A stretch of 64,000 bases of DNA, taken from Desulfomonilaceae bacterium (lineage in GTDB: Bacteria > Desulfobacterota > Desulfomonilia > Desulfomonilales > Desulfomonilaceae). The position numbers and the translations under genes are program-made. Under the pieces are notes generated by a model, which made no database searches, was not told where the DNA came from, and was given only the letters and a program-made list of their open reading frames with translations. Every line of letters starts with the position of its first letter. Position 1 is the first letter of the stretch. Location of the stretch: positions 481,402-545,401 of the forward strand of contig CAXXIU010000005.1 of the NCBI GenBank assembly GCA_963675835.2, given 5' to 3'. Shown here piece after piece: positions 50,393 to 60,693 of this stretch.

Positions 50393-50500
50393 GCCAACTC
50401 TTGAAACAAGAACATGGGAAGAATCATCGGATACGGAGAAACCTCGTTTGCATCAGAGGGTCAATGGACTCCCAATGGTAACTCACTGTCCGCTTCGGGC

Positions 50501-51183
50501 GTGTTTTTGAGCCGTTTTCGAACCGTGTTTGCGTTGGCTGTCCTCTCTGTTCTCTCCGGATGCGCAATATGGACCGGAAACGTGGTTCGTCAACATATCA
50601 TAGACTATCCTACCCCCAAGAAGCAGTCTGAATCGCCCGATGCCCGGACACGCTCATGGTTTACCGGTTCCTCTTGTCCGACACCGTAGATATTCACCAT
50701 TTGATTGTGACCTCTACCGACGAGGGGGACCAGACCGTCACGATGCAGCAGTGGGAGTTCGACCCCTCCGACATGGTGACGGAACTCATACAGCGGGACC
50801 TGGAAGCATCCGGTCTGTTCAAGAAGACGGTCGATCAATGGAGCAACGCGAGTTACCGGTACGCCCTGGAAGGAACGATCAAAAAGCTGGAGGGAGTCCT
50901 CAAGAACGGCAAGGCCGCTGCCGTGCTGAACGTGGATGTCAAGCTGATCGACTTCGAATCGCCGCTCAGTGCACGAAAGAACCTTATGACGAAGAAATAC
51001 ACCATAGAGGTGCCCAGCGTCGACCCCAAGCCGGTTTCCATCGTCCGTGCCGTGAATCTCGCCGTACGCAAGCTTTCCGAGCAAATAAGGGCCGACATTG
51101 CCGCTGCTCTGACCAAGGAAGAATACGGCAACGGCGGTGCCGACAACCCTGATACCGGTAACGACCTTCATGCTTCGTTGTAA
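50501..51183 (+). pseudogene. ABC-transport auxiliary lipoprotein (DUF330/YmbA-like), one apparent frameshift
   Basis: Lipoprotein signal FALAVLSVLSGC. After ...KKQSESPDA the frame changes near 50643-50648, and the sequence continues TLMVYRFLLSDTVD...YALEGTIKKLEG..., typical of DUF330. It follows the MCE gene, as is usual. Confidence 0.6.
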
Positions 51184-51512
51184 CCTTGCATACAAGGATA
51201 ACGGCATCGTGATGTGCAACGCGGAAAAATCGGAAAAGAGTTGCTCTTTTGCGTCTCCGTTGGTAGTTTTTTTGTGAACGTGATTTCCCGGGGGACCTTT
51301 CTGCAAAGAACACACGTAGGAGAAGCATCCCGGCGGCATCCAAGAAATTTGAGACCTGTTACATTTCTGTTGAGGTTTTTCTTATAGGTGTTCACTCCGA
51401 GGAGCCGGCGTTCATCCGACAGTTAGGAACTCCAACTATACGCCGTCGACACGATTAGGGCACAGGAACACGCTATTGGACATGCCCCGGCAACGCGGGG
51501 TTGAGGCAAATC

Positions 51513-51866
51513 ATGAAGAGAATTTTATTGGTAGACGACGAAAGGCACATAAGGGAGCTTTACAGAAGCGAACTTGAGGATGAAGGGTATTTGGTGGTTC
51601 TTGCAGAGTCCGGCAACGAAGCGTTGTCCGAGGTGCAGACCAACCCTCCGGACCTCATCGTATTGGACATCCAAATGCCGGGCATGGACGGGATTGAAAC
51701 CCTGGAAAAAATCCTAGGACAGGACAAGGGTATCCCCATCATTTTGAACACGGCCTACAGCCACTATAAGGAGGACTTCACAACCTGGGGAGCGGACGCC
51801 TATGTGGTGAAATCATCGGACACGTCCAAACTCATAAAAGAGATCAAGAGGTTGCTGGGAGAATGA
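51513..51866 (+). CDS. single-domain response regulator (CheY-like receiver)
   Basis: [17 protein letters not shown]...[17 protein letters not shown]...PIILNTAY. Its stop overlaps the glgC start (ATGA). Confidence 0.85.
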   Translation: MKRILLVDDERHIRELYRSELEDEGYLVVLAESGNEALSEVQTNPPDLIVLDIQMPGMDGIETLEKILGQDKGIPIILNTAYSHYKEDFTTWGADAYVVKSSDTSKLIKEIKRLLGE

Positions 51867-53161
51867 GCCTTCGAGACCAAATGAAGAATACTCTTTGCAT
51901 ACTGATGGCAGGCGGCAAGGGTGAGCGCTTGTATCCGCTGACCAAGCACATCGCGAAACCGTCCGTCAGGTTTGGCGGCATCTATCGTATAATCGACTTC
52001 ACACTCTCAAACTGTCTCAACTCGGATATTCGAAGGATCTACGTGCTGACACAATATCGGTCGGTCTCACTTGACCGGCATATCCGACTGGGCTGGGAGT
52101 ATCTTCAGCCATGAACTGGACGAGTTCGTCGAGTGCATTCCTCCTCAACAACGCAACGTGGATCGCTGGTATCGAGGGACGGCCGACAGCATCTATCAGA
52201 ACATCTATCTCCTCCAAACCGAGCGGCCCGAGCGCGTTCTGATCCTGTCCGGCGACCACGTGTACAAGATGAACTATAACGAGATGCTGGCCTACCATAT
52301 TGAGAAGAACGCCGAACTAACCGTGGCCGGTGTGGAAGTACCTCGTGCCGAGGCGACCGCTTTCGGAGTCATCGGATGTGACGACGACTTTCGCATCACC
52401 AACTGGGAAGAGAAACCTTCAGAGCCTAAGACCGTGCCCGGCAAACCCGATACTTCGTTCGTTTCCATGGGAGTGTACATCTTCAATACCGATGTGCTGG
52501 TTAAGAAGGGTTATCGAAGACGCCAAAGATTTGGAATCCGACCATGATTTCGGAAAGAACGTCGTCCCCAAGATGGTTGAATCCAATCGGGTGTACGTTC
52601 ACGGTTTTACCGAGGCTCACAACTCCGTAAGCCGTTATTGGAGGGACATAGGAACTCTCGATGCCTATTGGGAAGCCAATATGGACTTGTGTTTGGACGA
52701 ACCCCAGTGCAATCTTTCCGACAAGAAATGGCCGATTCGTACCTTTCAGGAACAAGTTCCGCCCGCACGGATTGTTCGGCCACGACTCCCGGACACCGAC
52801 GGCGAGGACGATTTCAGGGTAGTCAATTCCATTCTCTCGGGTGGGTGCGTGATTTCCGGTGCACATGTGGAGCATTCCGTGCTTTCACACGATGTCCGGG
52901 TTAATCAGGGAGCAGCGGTCTCCGAAAGCGTGATCCTGGATGGGGTCACGATCGGTCATGGCGCGAGAATCAAGAAGGCCATCATTGACGAGCACGTTGC
53001 CGTTCCCGCGCGATGCACCATAGGCTACGACGAGGAGTTCGACAGGAGTCGCTTCGCTATCCTCGCCCGGCGGAGTTGCCATAGTCCCCGACCGGCATCA
53101 GTCTGGAATGATGACCGGAGGCTTTCCTTCATCGGAAAAGTATTGTCGTGGAGGAGTATGA
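51863..53161 (+). pseudogene. glgC: glucose-1-phosphate adenylyltransferase, three apparent +1 frameshifts
   Basis: [86 protein letters not shown]. The frame changes at the G-run near 52097, the G-run near 52509 and the C-run near 53062. The reconstructed C-terminus is RFAISPGGVAIVPD... Confidence 0.8.
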
Positions 53162-53943
53162 CCATGCCTGACGTGTCTGTTCGAGGGCGACGGCTCGCTT
53201 ATGGAGTTCAGCCTTTGGAGTTCGACCGGTCCGACCCCGCAGTGGTGTTCATACACGGCTCAGGAGGAGATCGAGAAGACTGGAGGGCCCAACTGGACGG
53301 ACTCTCGTCCGCGCTTACCGCCATTGCTTTGGAACTTCCGGCCATGGGGAGTCGGATCCTCCCGGCGAAGCCTCGGGTCCCAGGCCCTACACCGACTGGG
53401 TTGTGGATTTCATCGAGGCCCTGGGCCTGCAACGCACGGCATTGGTGGGCTGCTCACTTGGCAGCGCCATCACGCAACAGGCAGCGCTGTCCCCCCCGAC
53501 CATGGTTAAAGGCCATAGGGCTGGTGGGGGCCGGAGCACGTCTGAAGGTCCTTCCTGCATTACTTCAAGGACTGCTTAGTGAACCAGAGTCAACCATGAG
53601 GATGATCGGGGAATTTTGTCTTTCTCAGTCGGCGCCCCGCTTCCATGCGGCAGGAAATGAAGGAGAGACTCGCGGCTACATCTGCGGATCTGATTCATAA
53701 AGATTTCTCCGCATGCGACGGTTTCGATGTTATGGCAAGCGTTCACGAAATCCGACTTACCCGCCGTGCATTATTGTAGGCGAGGATGACAGGCTTACTC
53801 CGGTCAAGTACTCGCAGTTCCTCGAGAACAAGATCACCGGATCCCGGCTTCATGTCATTCCGGGAGCCGGGCATTTGGTTATGGTTGAGAAACCGGATGA
53901 TTTCAATCGGTACTTGGAGGATTTTTCCGGAATAATGGATTGA
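53158..53943 (+). pseudogene. alpha/beta-fold hydrolase, at least four apparent frameshifts
   Basis: The pieces lie in three frames: AVVFIHGSGGDREDW; LPGHGESDPPGE..YTDWVVDFIEALGLQRTALVGCSLGSAITQQAAL (GxSxG nucleophile elbow); LVGAGARLKV; IIVGEDDRLTPV...HVIPGAGHLVMVEKPDDF. Confidence 0.7.
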
Positions 53944-54010
53944 CCGCCCATTGATGCGTCGAATTGTCGACGGGAATCAGCCTGCGCCACGGCCGGAATC
54001 CGCGACCGTA

Positions 54011-55452
54011 TTAGTGAACCTTCGGTACCCAGTTCAATGATCTCCATGCGGTTGGTGCTGCCGCTGTGCCGGACGGTACCTTCCGTCATTCACCACAGGT
54101 CCGTCGGGGACGGGAAGTTTAACGGCCTTCGATCGAACATAGGTTGACCAGCTGGCCGGCGGGTTGGGCTCCAAGAGAGGATAGACTCCGAAGGAGAACT
54201 GAAGCGCTTGGCAGGTAGACTCGTTGGGGCTGATCGCCACCACCCAGACGGGAAGACGAAATCTCGCAACCCGGCGAGCGGTGGACCCGCTTTCCGTTGG
54301 AGTAATCACGGCTACGGGGACAAGACGCCGCACGGTATGGTACACGCTGAGTGAAATCAATTCTTCCACGCGCTTTTCCCGTGAGGCAACGGAAGCTTGT
54401 ATGGTCTCCACAACCGTATGTGCTCTGATGTGACCTTCCGTGGCCACAGCTATACTCGCCAGCATCTGAACGGCCGGAATGGGATAATCGCCTATGGCGG
54501 ACTCCTCGGAAAGCATCACCGCAATCAGTACCGTCTAGAATGGCATTGGCGACATCCGTGGCTTCCGCTCGCGTCGGTCGCGGTACGTTAATCATCGACT
54601 CCAGCATCTGGCGTTGCGGTAATCACCGGCTTACCGTACACGTTGGCCGTGTGAATAATCCTCTTCTGTGTCACCGCTATCCGTTCGATGGGGATCTCGA
54701 CTCCCAGATCGCCCCGAGCCACCATAATGCCGTCCGCCGCAGCGATGATGGAATCAATGTCTTCGAGAGCCCGGGAACGCTCGATCTTCGCGATCACGAA
54801 TGGGTTGTAACCGAGAGATCGCGTGAAGTCGCGCAGCGCGATAATATCCTGATCGCCTTGGACAAACGATACTCCAAGCGCGTCCACTCCCTGCTCCAAG
54901 GCAAACTTCGCACATTTTCGATCGAACTCGGTAACCGCACTGATCCCGAGTTCGATCCCCGGGATGTTGACTCCCTTGTGGGAACGCAACTCACCGCCGG
55001 CAATCACCATGCAGTGAATCCGGCAACCTTCCGACGCGTTCAACCTCCAACTGGATCAACCCGTCATTGAGGAATATCTTGTCGCCCGGTTTCACCGCGT
55101 CTCCGAGGCACTGGAGCGACACCGATGCTGCGTGCTCGTCACCCGTGATATCTTCGTCCGTGTCCAGGAGAAAGGGTTGGCCCTTCACCAAATTAACCGT
55201 CTCCGAAGCCAGTTCGCCGATCCGAATCTTGGGCCCGGGGAGATCGGCAAGTATTGCAACGCGTTTACCGACATTCCCTGCTGCCGTACGTATGTTCTCA
55301 ATGACTTCTTTGTGGCCTGAGAACTCCCCGTGGGAGAAATTCACGCGAGCCACATCCATCCCGCTTCGTATCATGGTTTCCAGGACGTCGACAGACTGGG
55401 AAGCAGGGCCGATGGTGCATACGATCTTCGTCTTCTTGAATGGCAATTCCAT
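54011..55452 (-). pseudogene. pyk: pyruvate kinase, at least four apparent frameshifts
   Basis: KTKIVCTIGPAS...MDVARVNFSHG; KGVNIPG...FVIAKIE....[13 protein letters not shown]; [29 protein letters not shown]; [12 protein letters not shown]. The fragments are spread over different frames. The TAA at 54013-54011 is my guess for the natural stop. Confidence 0.8.
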
Positions 55453-55507
55453 GGTAACGGTTCTCCTGTACTCTTAGCGGTCCTATTCCTAAGTGCGGCA
55501 TTTCATA

Positions 55508-55955
55508 AGTTCGGTCAAATACTTTCGTCTCGCTGCCATGTTGGGTGGCGGCAAGAAGAATATCCGGGCACGGAGGCACGGAGGACCTGAACCGTAGGGG
55601 CACCCACAGGGAAACTGTCTCAAAAGTGGGTACGTGATGCTAGTCGTGCCACGATTGTTGGGGATGCTGCAACAAATCCCCCCTAACCCCCTTTTTCTAA
55701 GGGGGGAACCGGCTCTTACCCCCCTTTGGCAAAGGGGGGCAGGGGGGATTTCCATTCGAATCCACTCCTTCGTGGCACGATTCACTTCGCTCCGACAGTT
55801 TTGAGACACTCTCCAGGGGGGTGCCCCTACAAATCAGGACCGTGGGGCGGGCGTCCCTGCCCGCCGTCTCCCCGGCGCAGGCCGGGGTCCGGGAAAACAA
55901 GACTGGTTCCCGGCCTACGCCGGGGAAGACGGCTCAGGTTGTGCGACCGTATTTG
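55508..55955. repeat. Intergenic repeat family R2, copy B (interrupted)
   Basis: The left part, 55508-55585, matches copy A. The right part, 55841-55955, carries GGGCGGGCGTCCCTGCCCGCCGTCTCC and GACCGTATTT. It holds a nested 237-nt element and an extra 13-bp hairpin (55874-55886 with 55909-55921). Confidence 0.5.
55594..55830. mobile_element. 237-nt MITE-like element with 35-nt terminal inverted repeats
   Basis: GTAGGGGCACCC...TGTCTCAAAAGTG (55594-55628) compared with the reverse complement of 55796-55830 gives 29 of 35 matches, and the first 12 nt are perfect. The interior has G/C-run hairpins (CCCCCTAACCCCC..GGGGGG). Confidence 0.5.
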
Positions 55956-56309
55956 TAAAACGGTGCACCAAAATTCGTGGAACACCGAAAGTCAAGGAGA
56001 CATTTGCACTCCCTTGTTAAGGTCTTGTAGGAAATTATCCTTAGATCCGGTTAATTACGGGAGTGCTCTCACCAACACGTCCACGGACGACGAATCGATG
56101 AAACCTCTCCGAAACGCGGGCCGAACCTACGACGTCTCGACAACTTCCGGTGAAGACCCGACGATCTTACTTTGGTTCCGATCCACCCTGAATCCTTTTT
56201 CCTCATTGTGCATCTCAATGATCATACTATCAAGAATGTTCGGTGATACCGGCAAACAATGAATACAGCCCGGTCCGAGCACCGGGTGTGACGATACGAG
56301 GTAGAGACC

Positions 56310-56468
56310 ATGGCAGACAATCATGAAGTGCGAAAAGGATATTTTGAAGAATTCGGCGTCGAATCGGTCGCCCCGGACGATGACTTTGCATACTGGGTCA
56401 CCCTGAAAAGGGCGGAAAAGGACAGGCGGAGACGGGAACAATTGTCCGGAGAAAACGCCGACGGATAA
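56310..56468 (+). CDS. possible small ORF (52 aa), hypothetical
   Basis: MADNHEVRKGYFEEFGVESVAPDDDFAYWVTLKRAEKDRRRREQLSGENADG. GAGGT lies about 8 nt upstream. It is too short for the ORF track and has no other support. Confidence 0.25.
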   Translation: MADNHEVRKGYFEEFGVESVAPDDDFAYWVTLKRAEKDRRRREQLSGENADG

Positions 56469-56784
56469 GATTCCGGTAAGCGGACAGGCTATGTGAGATG
56501 CGCCCTCGCCAAGTCGAGGGCGTACGTATTCTCCCGCTGTGAGGTTCCGTTGCCGTGCGAAGCCCCGCGTCACCATACGGAACGACTTCCGAACTCAACG
56601 TTTCGTCAATTGCTTCAAAGCAGTATCCATCTTCCGGGGAACCGAAGCCTTTCAAAGATGACTTACTTTAGAGTGTCGGTTCCCCGAAGAAGATTTCGAC
56701 CGAAAGCCCGAATCAGTTCATCGACAATGATATACACGGCGACGGACAAGAGGGGGGTACATTACTCGGAAACGAGGAGAAGCG

Positions 56785-57051
56785 ATGGAAGACCTTGTAG
56801 GCAACTTGGAACTCTACCTTCAGGCCTCTGTTGTCATGGCTTTTGTAGCGGCCTTTCTCGGGGGAGTATTGGCGAGCTTCACCCCTTGCGTGTACCCCAT
56901 GATTCCCATAACCTCAGGATACGTGGGAAGCCGAAACCTTGGCGGCTCGAAATCTCGAGGTTTTGTTCTGTCGCTGTTCTACGTGCTGGGCATCTTCATG
57001 ATAGGCTTGGGTGAGTATTTCTTGATCCGAATGGGTACATTGATGATCTGA
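56785..57051 (+). pseudogene. CcdA/DsbD-type cytochrome c biogenesis membrane protein, N-terminal fragment only
   Basis: AFLGGVLASFTPCVYPMIPITSGYV is the DsbD_TM/CcdA signature. The ORF stops after 88 aa, and no other frame continues it before the next gene. Confidence 0.45.
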
Positions 57052-57091
57052 ACGGTGGAGTATTCTTACTTAGTACGAACGGGAGATATTT

Positions 57092-57595
57092 ATGAAAAAC
57101 GCTCTGATTGCGGTCACTGTGATATGTGCAGTGGTGGTGTTCTTTTCGGCAAACGTTGCGGCGGTGAAGATTGGCGACAAGGCCCCGACCGTGGAGGCAA
57201 CGACTCTGGCCGGCAAGAAAGTCAGCTTGGAGGATCTTTCGGACGGCCAAGCCCTGCTACTGTTTTTCTGGGCCACGTGGTGTCCCTACTGCGTCAATGA
57301 GATCCCCAAGCTCAAAGATGCATTCGCCGGGTACGGCTCAAAAGGACTGAAATTCCTCGCCGTCAATCCCGGAATAAACGATTCCCGCGAGAAGATTGAA
57401 CGCTACATTGAGAAGTACAAGATCCCCTACCCTGTTGTGTTCGACAAGGGGGCAAAGATCACCAAAAGCTTCGCGGTCAGGGGAGCGCCGACGTATGTCA
57501 TCGTGGACAAGGACGGCATCGTTCAGTATAGTGGAAATAAGATGCCTCAGGACCTCGCTGAACGCGTGAAGAAAATGACCAAGAAGTCGAACTAG
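57092..57595 (+). CDS. TlpA/ResA-like periplasmic thiol:disulfide oxidoreductase
   Basis: Signal anchor, then the LLFFWATWCPYCVNEIPKLK CxxC thioredoxin fold. GGGAGA SD. Confidence 0.85.
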   Translation: MKNALIAVTVICAVVVFFSANVAAVKIGDKAPTVEATTLAGKKVSLEDLSDGQALLLFFWATWCPYCVNEIPKLKDAFAGYGSKGLKFLAVNPGINDSREKIERYIEKYKIPYPVVFDKGAKITKSFAVRGAPTYVIVDKDGIVQYSGNKMPQDLAERVKKMTKKSN

Positions 57596-58023
57596 TACCG
57601 TAGATTCCCATTGGTTCCCCGGTTCTGTCCCGAGCATTATCCATATCCTTGGTTGCTGGACACCGGACAACATTTTCGATAGTATCCTCGGCAGTGTCCA
57701 TCCGGCAGATCCTGATGAGCTTCCAGTGGATAGGCTTGCCTCGCGCATTCTCTGGTGTTTCCTGATCGAAAACGGCCCGGACGTTTAGCGGGGGCTTGTT
57801 GCGATCAAGCGTTCTTTTCGGGAGATTAACCTGACAACCTTACCTTTGATCTTCCACGAATAATTTAAGGCTTACGTCATATACCAAAAAAAGCTTGACT
57901 TGCGTCTAAGTGAAGTGGTATTTACTCACCAGTAGGTATAGGATTTAAGCGGGGAAGACATTATGCACACTAAGCCAGACACCATCGACGTCAGTGTGCC
58001 CATCCTGCGCCTTCCCCGAATTG

Positions 58024-58807
58024 ATGTTCAAGGCAAATATCGATTGCCTCTCTCATAAAGATACGGCACGGCTACACGGGCCTTTTTCCGGGCTCACCCC
58101 AGAGGGCTTGGGCTTGCCCGAAGGCCGCTTCGCAACGGTCAAAAATATGACCCTCACGACTCACAGCGGCACTCATCTCGACGCTTACCAGCTTTACGGC
58201 CCCATGTCCGAGGACAAACCTGCCAAAGGCATTGACGAGATACTGCGTGCGTCCCGTTACGGTGACAGTATGGTTCTTGATTCTACTCATAGGAACCTCC
58301 ACGGCTTGCGCTGTTCACCAGCCACAACGAGTCATGAAAGCCCACGGTGCTGATTGGTACTCCGGGGCTAGGCCTCGGAGATTGGGTCCATTACCCCGCA
58401 GGACGCGGGGCATGATTGGGGAGAAACCATCTCCCCCCACCCCCCATCCAGTTTCCGAGCATGGTGGCTCGCCGGAAGTCTTTCAGACAAAGACGGGGGA
58501 AGGCAACGATGTCGTTGATGTAGAAAGATCGTTAGAGAAAGACCAAGATAGCCTGAAGCCGTTGGACATCGTGCTCTTTAATGCAGGGGCATTATCATAC
58601 TACGTGCACCCTGGTTACATGCAGATCCATCCAGGAGCAACCCGTGATTCAACGTTATGGCGGACGGACAACGGTATCAGGGTAAGTGACACGGATGCCT
58701 GGGGCTGGGACAGACCCGTCGATGCGGTAGTGCACGAACCAGAACCGGGCGTCAATGGCAAAGTCCGGGAGGCCATCCAGGGCCTCGAAGACGCGGTGAA
58801 CCTATGA
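58024..58807 (+). pseudogene. putative cyclase-family (kynurenine formamidase-like) gene split by an R1 repeat
   Basis: The upstream part carries IDCLSH....HSGTHLDA. The downstream part reads LKPLDIVLFNAG...HPGATRDSTLWRTDNGIRVSDTDAWGWD. Removing 58297-58492 (196 nt) joins the two frames exactly. Confidence 0.55.
58297..58492. mobile_element. MITE-like structured repeat family R1, copy 3 (short, about 196 nt)
   Basis: Shares ACGGCTTG..CCAGCCACAACGAGTCATGAAAG, CTCCGGGGCTAGGCCTCGGAGATTGGGT, a compensated hairpin CCCCGC/GCGGGG (58394-58410) and the C-run end. It lacks the variable middle region of about 120 nt. Confidence 0.6.
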
Positions 58808-59541
58808 TTCGCGGAGAAGAATGATCTGCACGAGTGACAGGAGAAAGGTCGGCCCTTGGGGAGTCACGCAGCATCATCACGAAATGGGCTAATCCGCATC
58901 AACCAGTTTTAGGGCACCCCTGGATCTGTTCACTTCCGGTCGCCACAGCTCCCCACGATCCCCAGGTGTGGAAGGAGATTACGGGTCGCTCGTTATTCAC
59001 CAAGAGGTAGCTGCACAGAGACCTTGTTGTGCATACAACGAGTTCAACTTTTTCGTTGGAGGCCTGCCTGCCAAGGATGCAATTGAACGTATTGGGACAG
59101 CGTTTGTGCCAATACGGATGGACCAGTCTTCACTTGAAGTGACCGGACAGAATGAATGACGAGCTCATTGTGCCGGCTGTGAACGTCTTCCTGTTGACGG
59201 TCAAGGATGTCATAGCGGGTTAGGTCCCCGCACGACGGGACATAAGGTCATTCCCGGTGAAAAACCGAGCCCCGACGTTACGCAGCCGTTGCACGTGCGT
59301 GCTGAGTCTGCGGAGAGAATGGAGAACCTGGAATCGCTCAAAGAGGAGACCGGGCGCGAATTGAGAGACCGTGTCATGTTCAAAGGCGCCGCGGAACTCG
59401 TCCCGCACGTTGCTTCGCTTTGGTACGAAATGAAGGCCGAATTCATGAGGAAACTGTACGAAGAAAAGGAACCCTGTTGAGAAGGCCAACTGCGATTGCG
59501 GACGGGTCACAAAATATCAACCTAACTCAGGAGGAGATTCG

Positions 59542-60564
59542 ATGAAGAGGCAGACTGTACACGTGTCGATGCTTTTGTGTTTCCTGTTAATCATGGCTCT
59601 CCCCGTTCCAGCTCTATCCGCGGAAGGGGACACGGTGACGTTGAAGTACACAAACTTTTTCCCACCCGTCCACCCAATCAGCGCGCTTTCGGAAGAATGG
59701 TGTAAAGCGGTGGAGAAGGGGACCCAGGGCCGGGTAAAGGTGAACTTCTATCCCGGCAACAGCTTGACGCGGCCCACAGAAACCTATGACGCCGTGCTCA
59801 AGGGAATAGCAGATGTCGGGCTGAGTTTCTGTGCATACACCCGGGGCAGGTTTCCGCTTAGTCAGGTAGTTGATCTCCCGCTCGGTTACAAGAATGCCAC
59901 TACTGCCACCAGGATGGCCAACGCCTACTACAAGAAATTCAAGCCCAAGGAGTTCGATGATGTGAAAGTGGTTTACCTCCATGCTTCGCCACCCCATCGA
60001 CTCTTCACAAACAAGGAAGTGAAGAAACTGGAGGATGTCAAGGGCCTCAAGATTCGCTCCACCGGCACCAGCGCAAAAGTGGTAAATGCGTTGGGAGGGG
60101 TTGCAGTGGCGATGCCGATGAGCGCAGCCTATGACGCACTGAAAAAAGGAGTTGCTGAGGGAATAGTCGGACCCTTTGAACCAATGGTGGGATTCAAGTT
60201 GATCGACGTAGTCAGCAACTGCACGCTTTTTGACGCCGCATACACAAATTTGGCATATGTGGTAATGAATAAGGAGAAGTGGAACAATTTGTCGCCCGAG
60301 GACAAAAAAACCATCGATCAGATTAACGAACAATTCATGGAGAAACAGGCAAAGCTCTGGGATACCTTGGAGGCAAATGCCCGCGGCGTGTACGAAAAAA
60401 AGGGTAAGAAGATCATCACCCTTTCGCCCGAGGAAAACGAGCGTTGGACGAAACTGCTCATACCAATCAGAGACGAGTACCAGAAAGCAATGGCGGAAAA
60501 AGGCCTGCCGGGAAAGGAAGCCTTGGAGTTCTGCCTCAACTATTTGAAAGACCACCAGAAGTAG
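59542..60564 (+). CDS. dctP: TRAP transporter substrate-binding protein (DctP family)
   Basis: Signal peptide, then 340 aa with a DctP-like pattern (LKYTNFFPPVHP..., KIRSTGTSAKVV). It is followed by DctQ and DctM genes. AGGAGGAG SD. Confidence 0.88.
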   Translation: MKRQTVHVSMLLCFLLIMALPVPALSAEGDTVTLKYTNFFPPVHPISALSEEWCKAVEKGTQGRVKVNFYPGNSLTRPTETYDAVLKGIADVGLSFCAYTRGRFPLSQVVDLPLGYKNATTATRMANAYYKKFKPKEFDDVKVVYLHASPPHRLFTNKEVKKLEDVKGLKIRSTGTSAKVVNALGGVAVAMPMSAAYDALKKGVAEGIVGPFEPMVGFKLIDVVSNCTLFDAAYTNLAYVVMNKEKWNNLSPEDKKTIDQINEQFMEKQAKLWDTLEANARGVYEKKGKKIITLSPEENERWTKLLIPIRDEYQKAMAEKGLPGKEALEFCLNYLKDHQK

Positions 60565-60693
60565 GCTACCTGAGTCGAGCCGTATCTTCCCCACCGCCCC
60601 GATAGCTATGCGCTATGACGGCCATATGGGCCACAGGCCGTCTCGTTTACATGGCGGCACTCCCGCGGATTATGAATGTGAGGCACGGCGTTC

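Noticed and set aside
59614-60594. 326-aa minus-strand ORF
   Set aside because: It lies antisense to the dctP gene, which has a signal peptide, an SD and the expected TRAP operon context.
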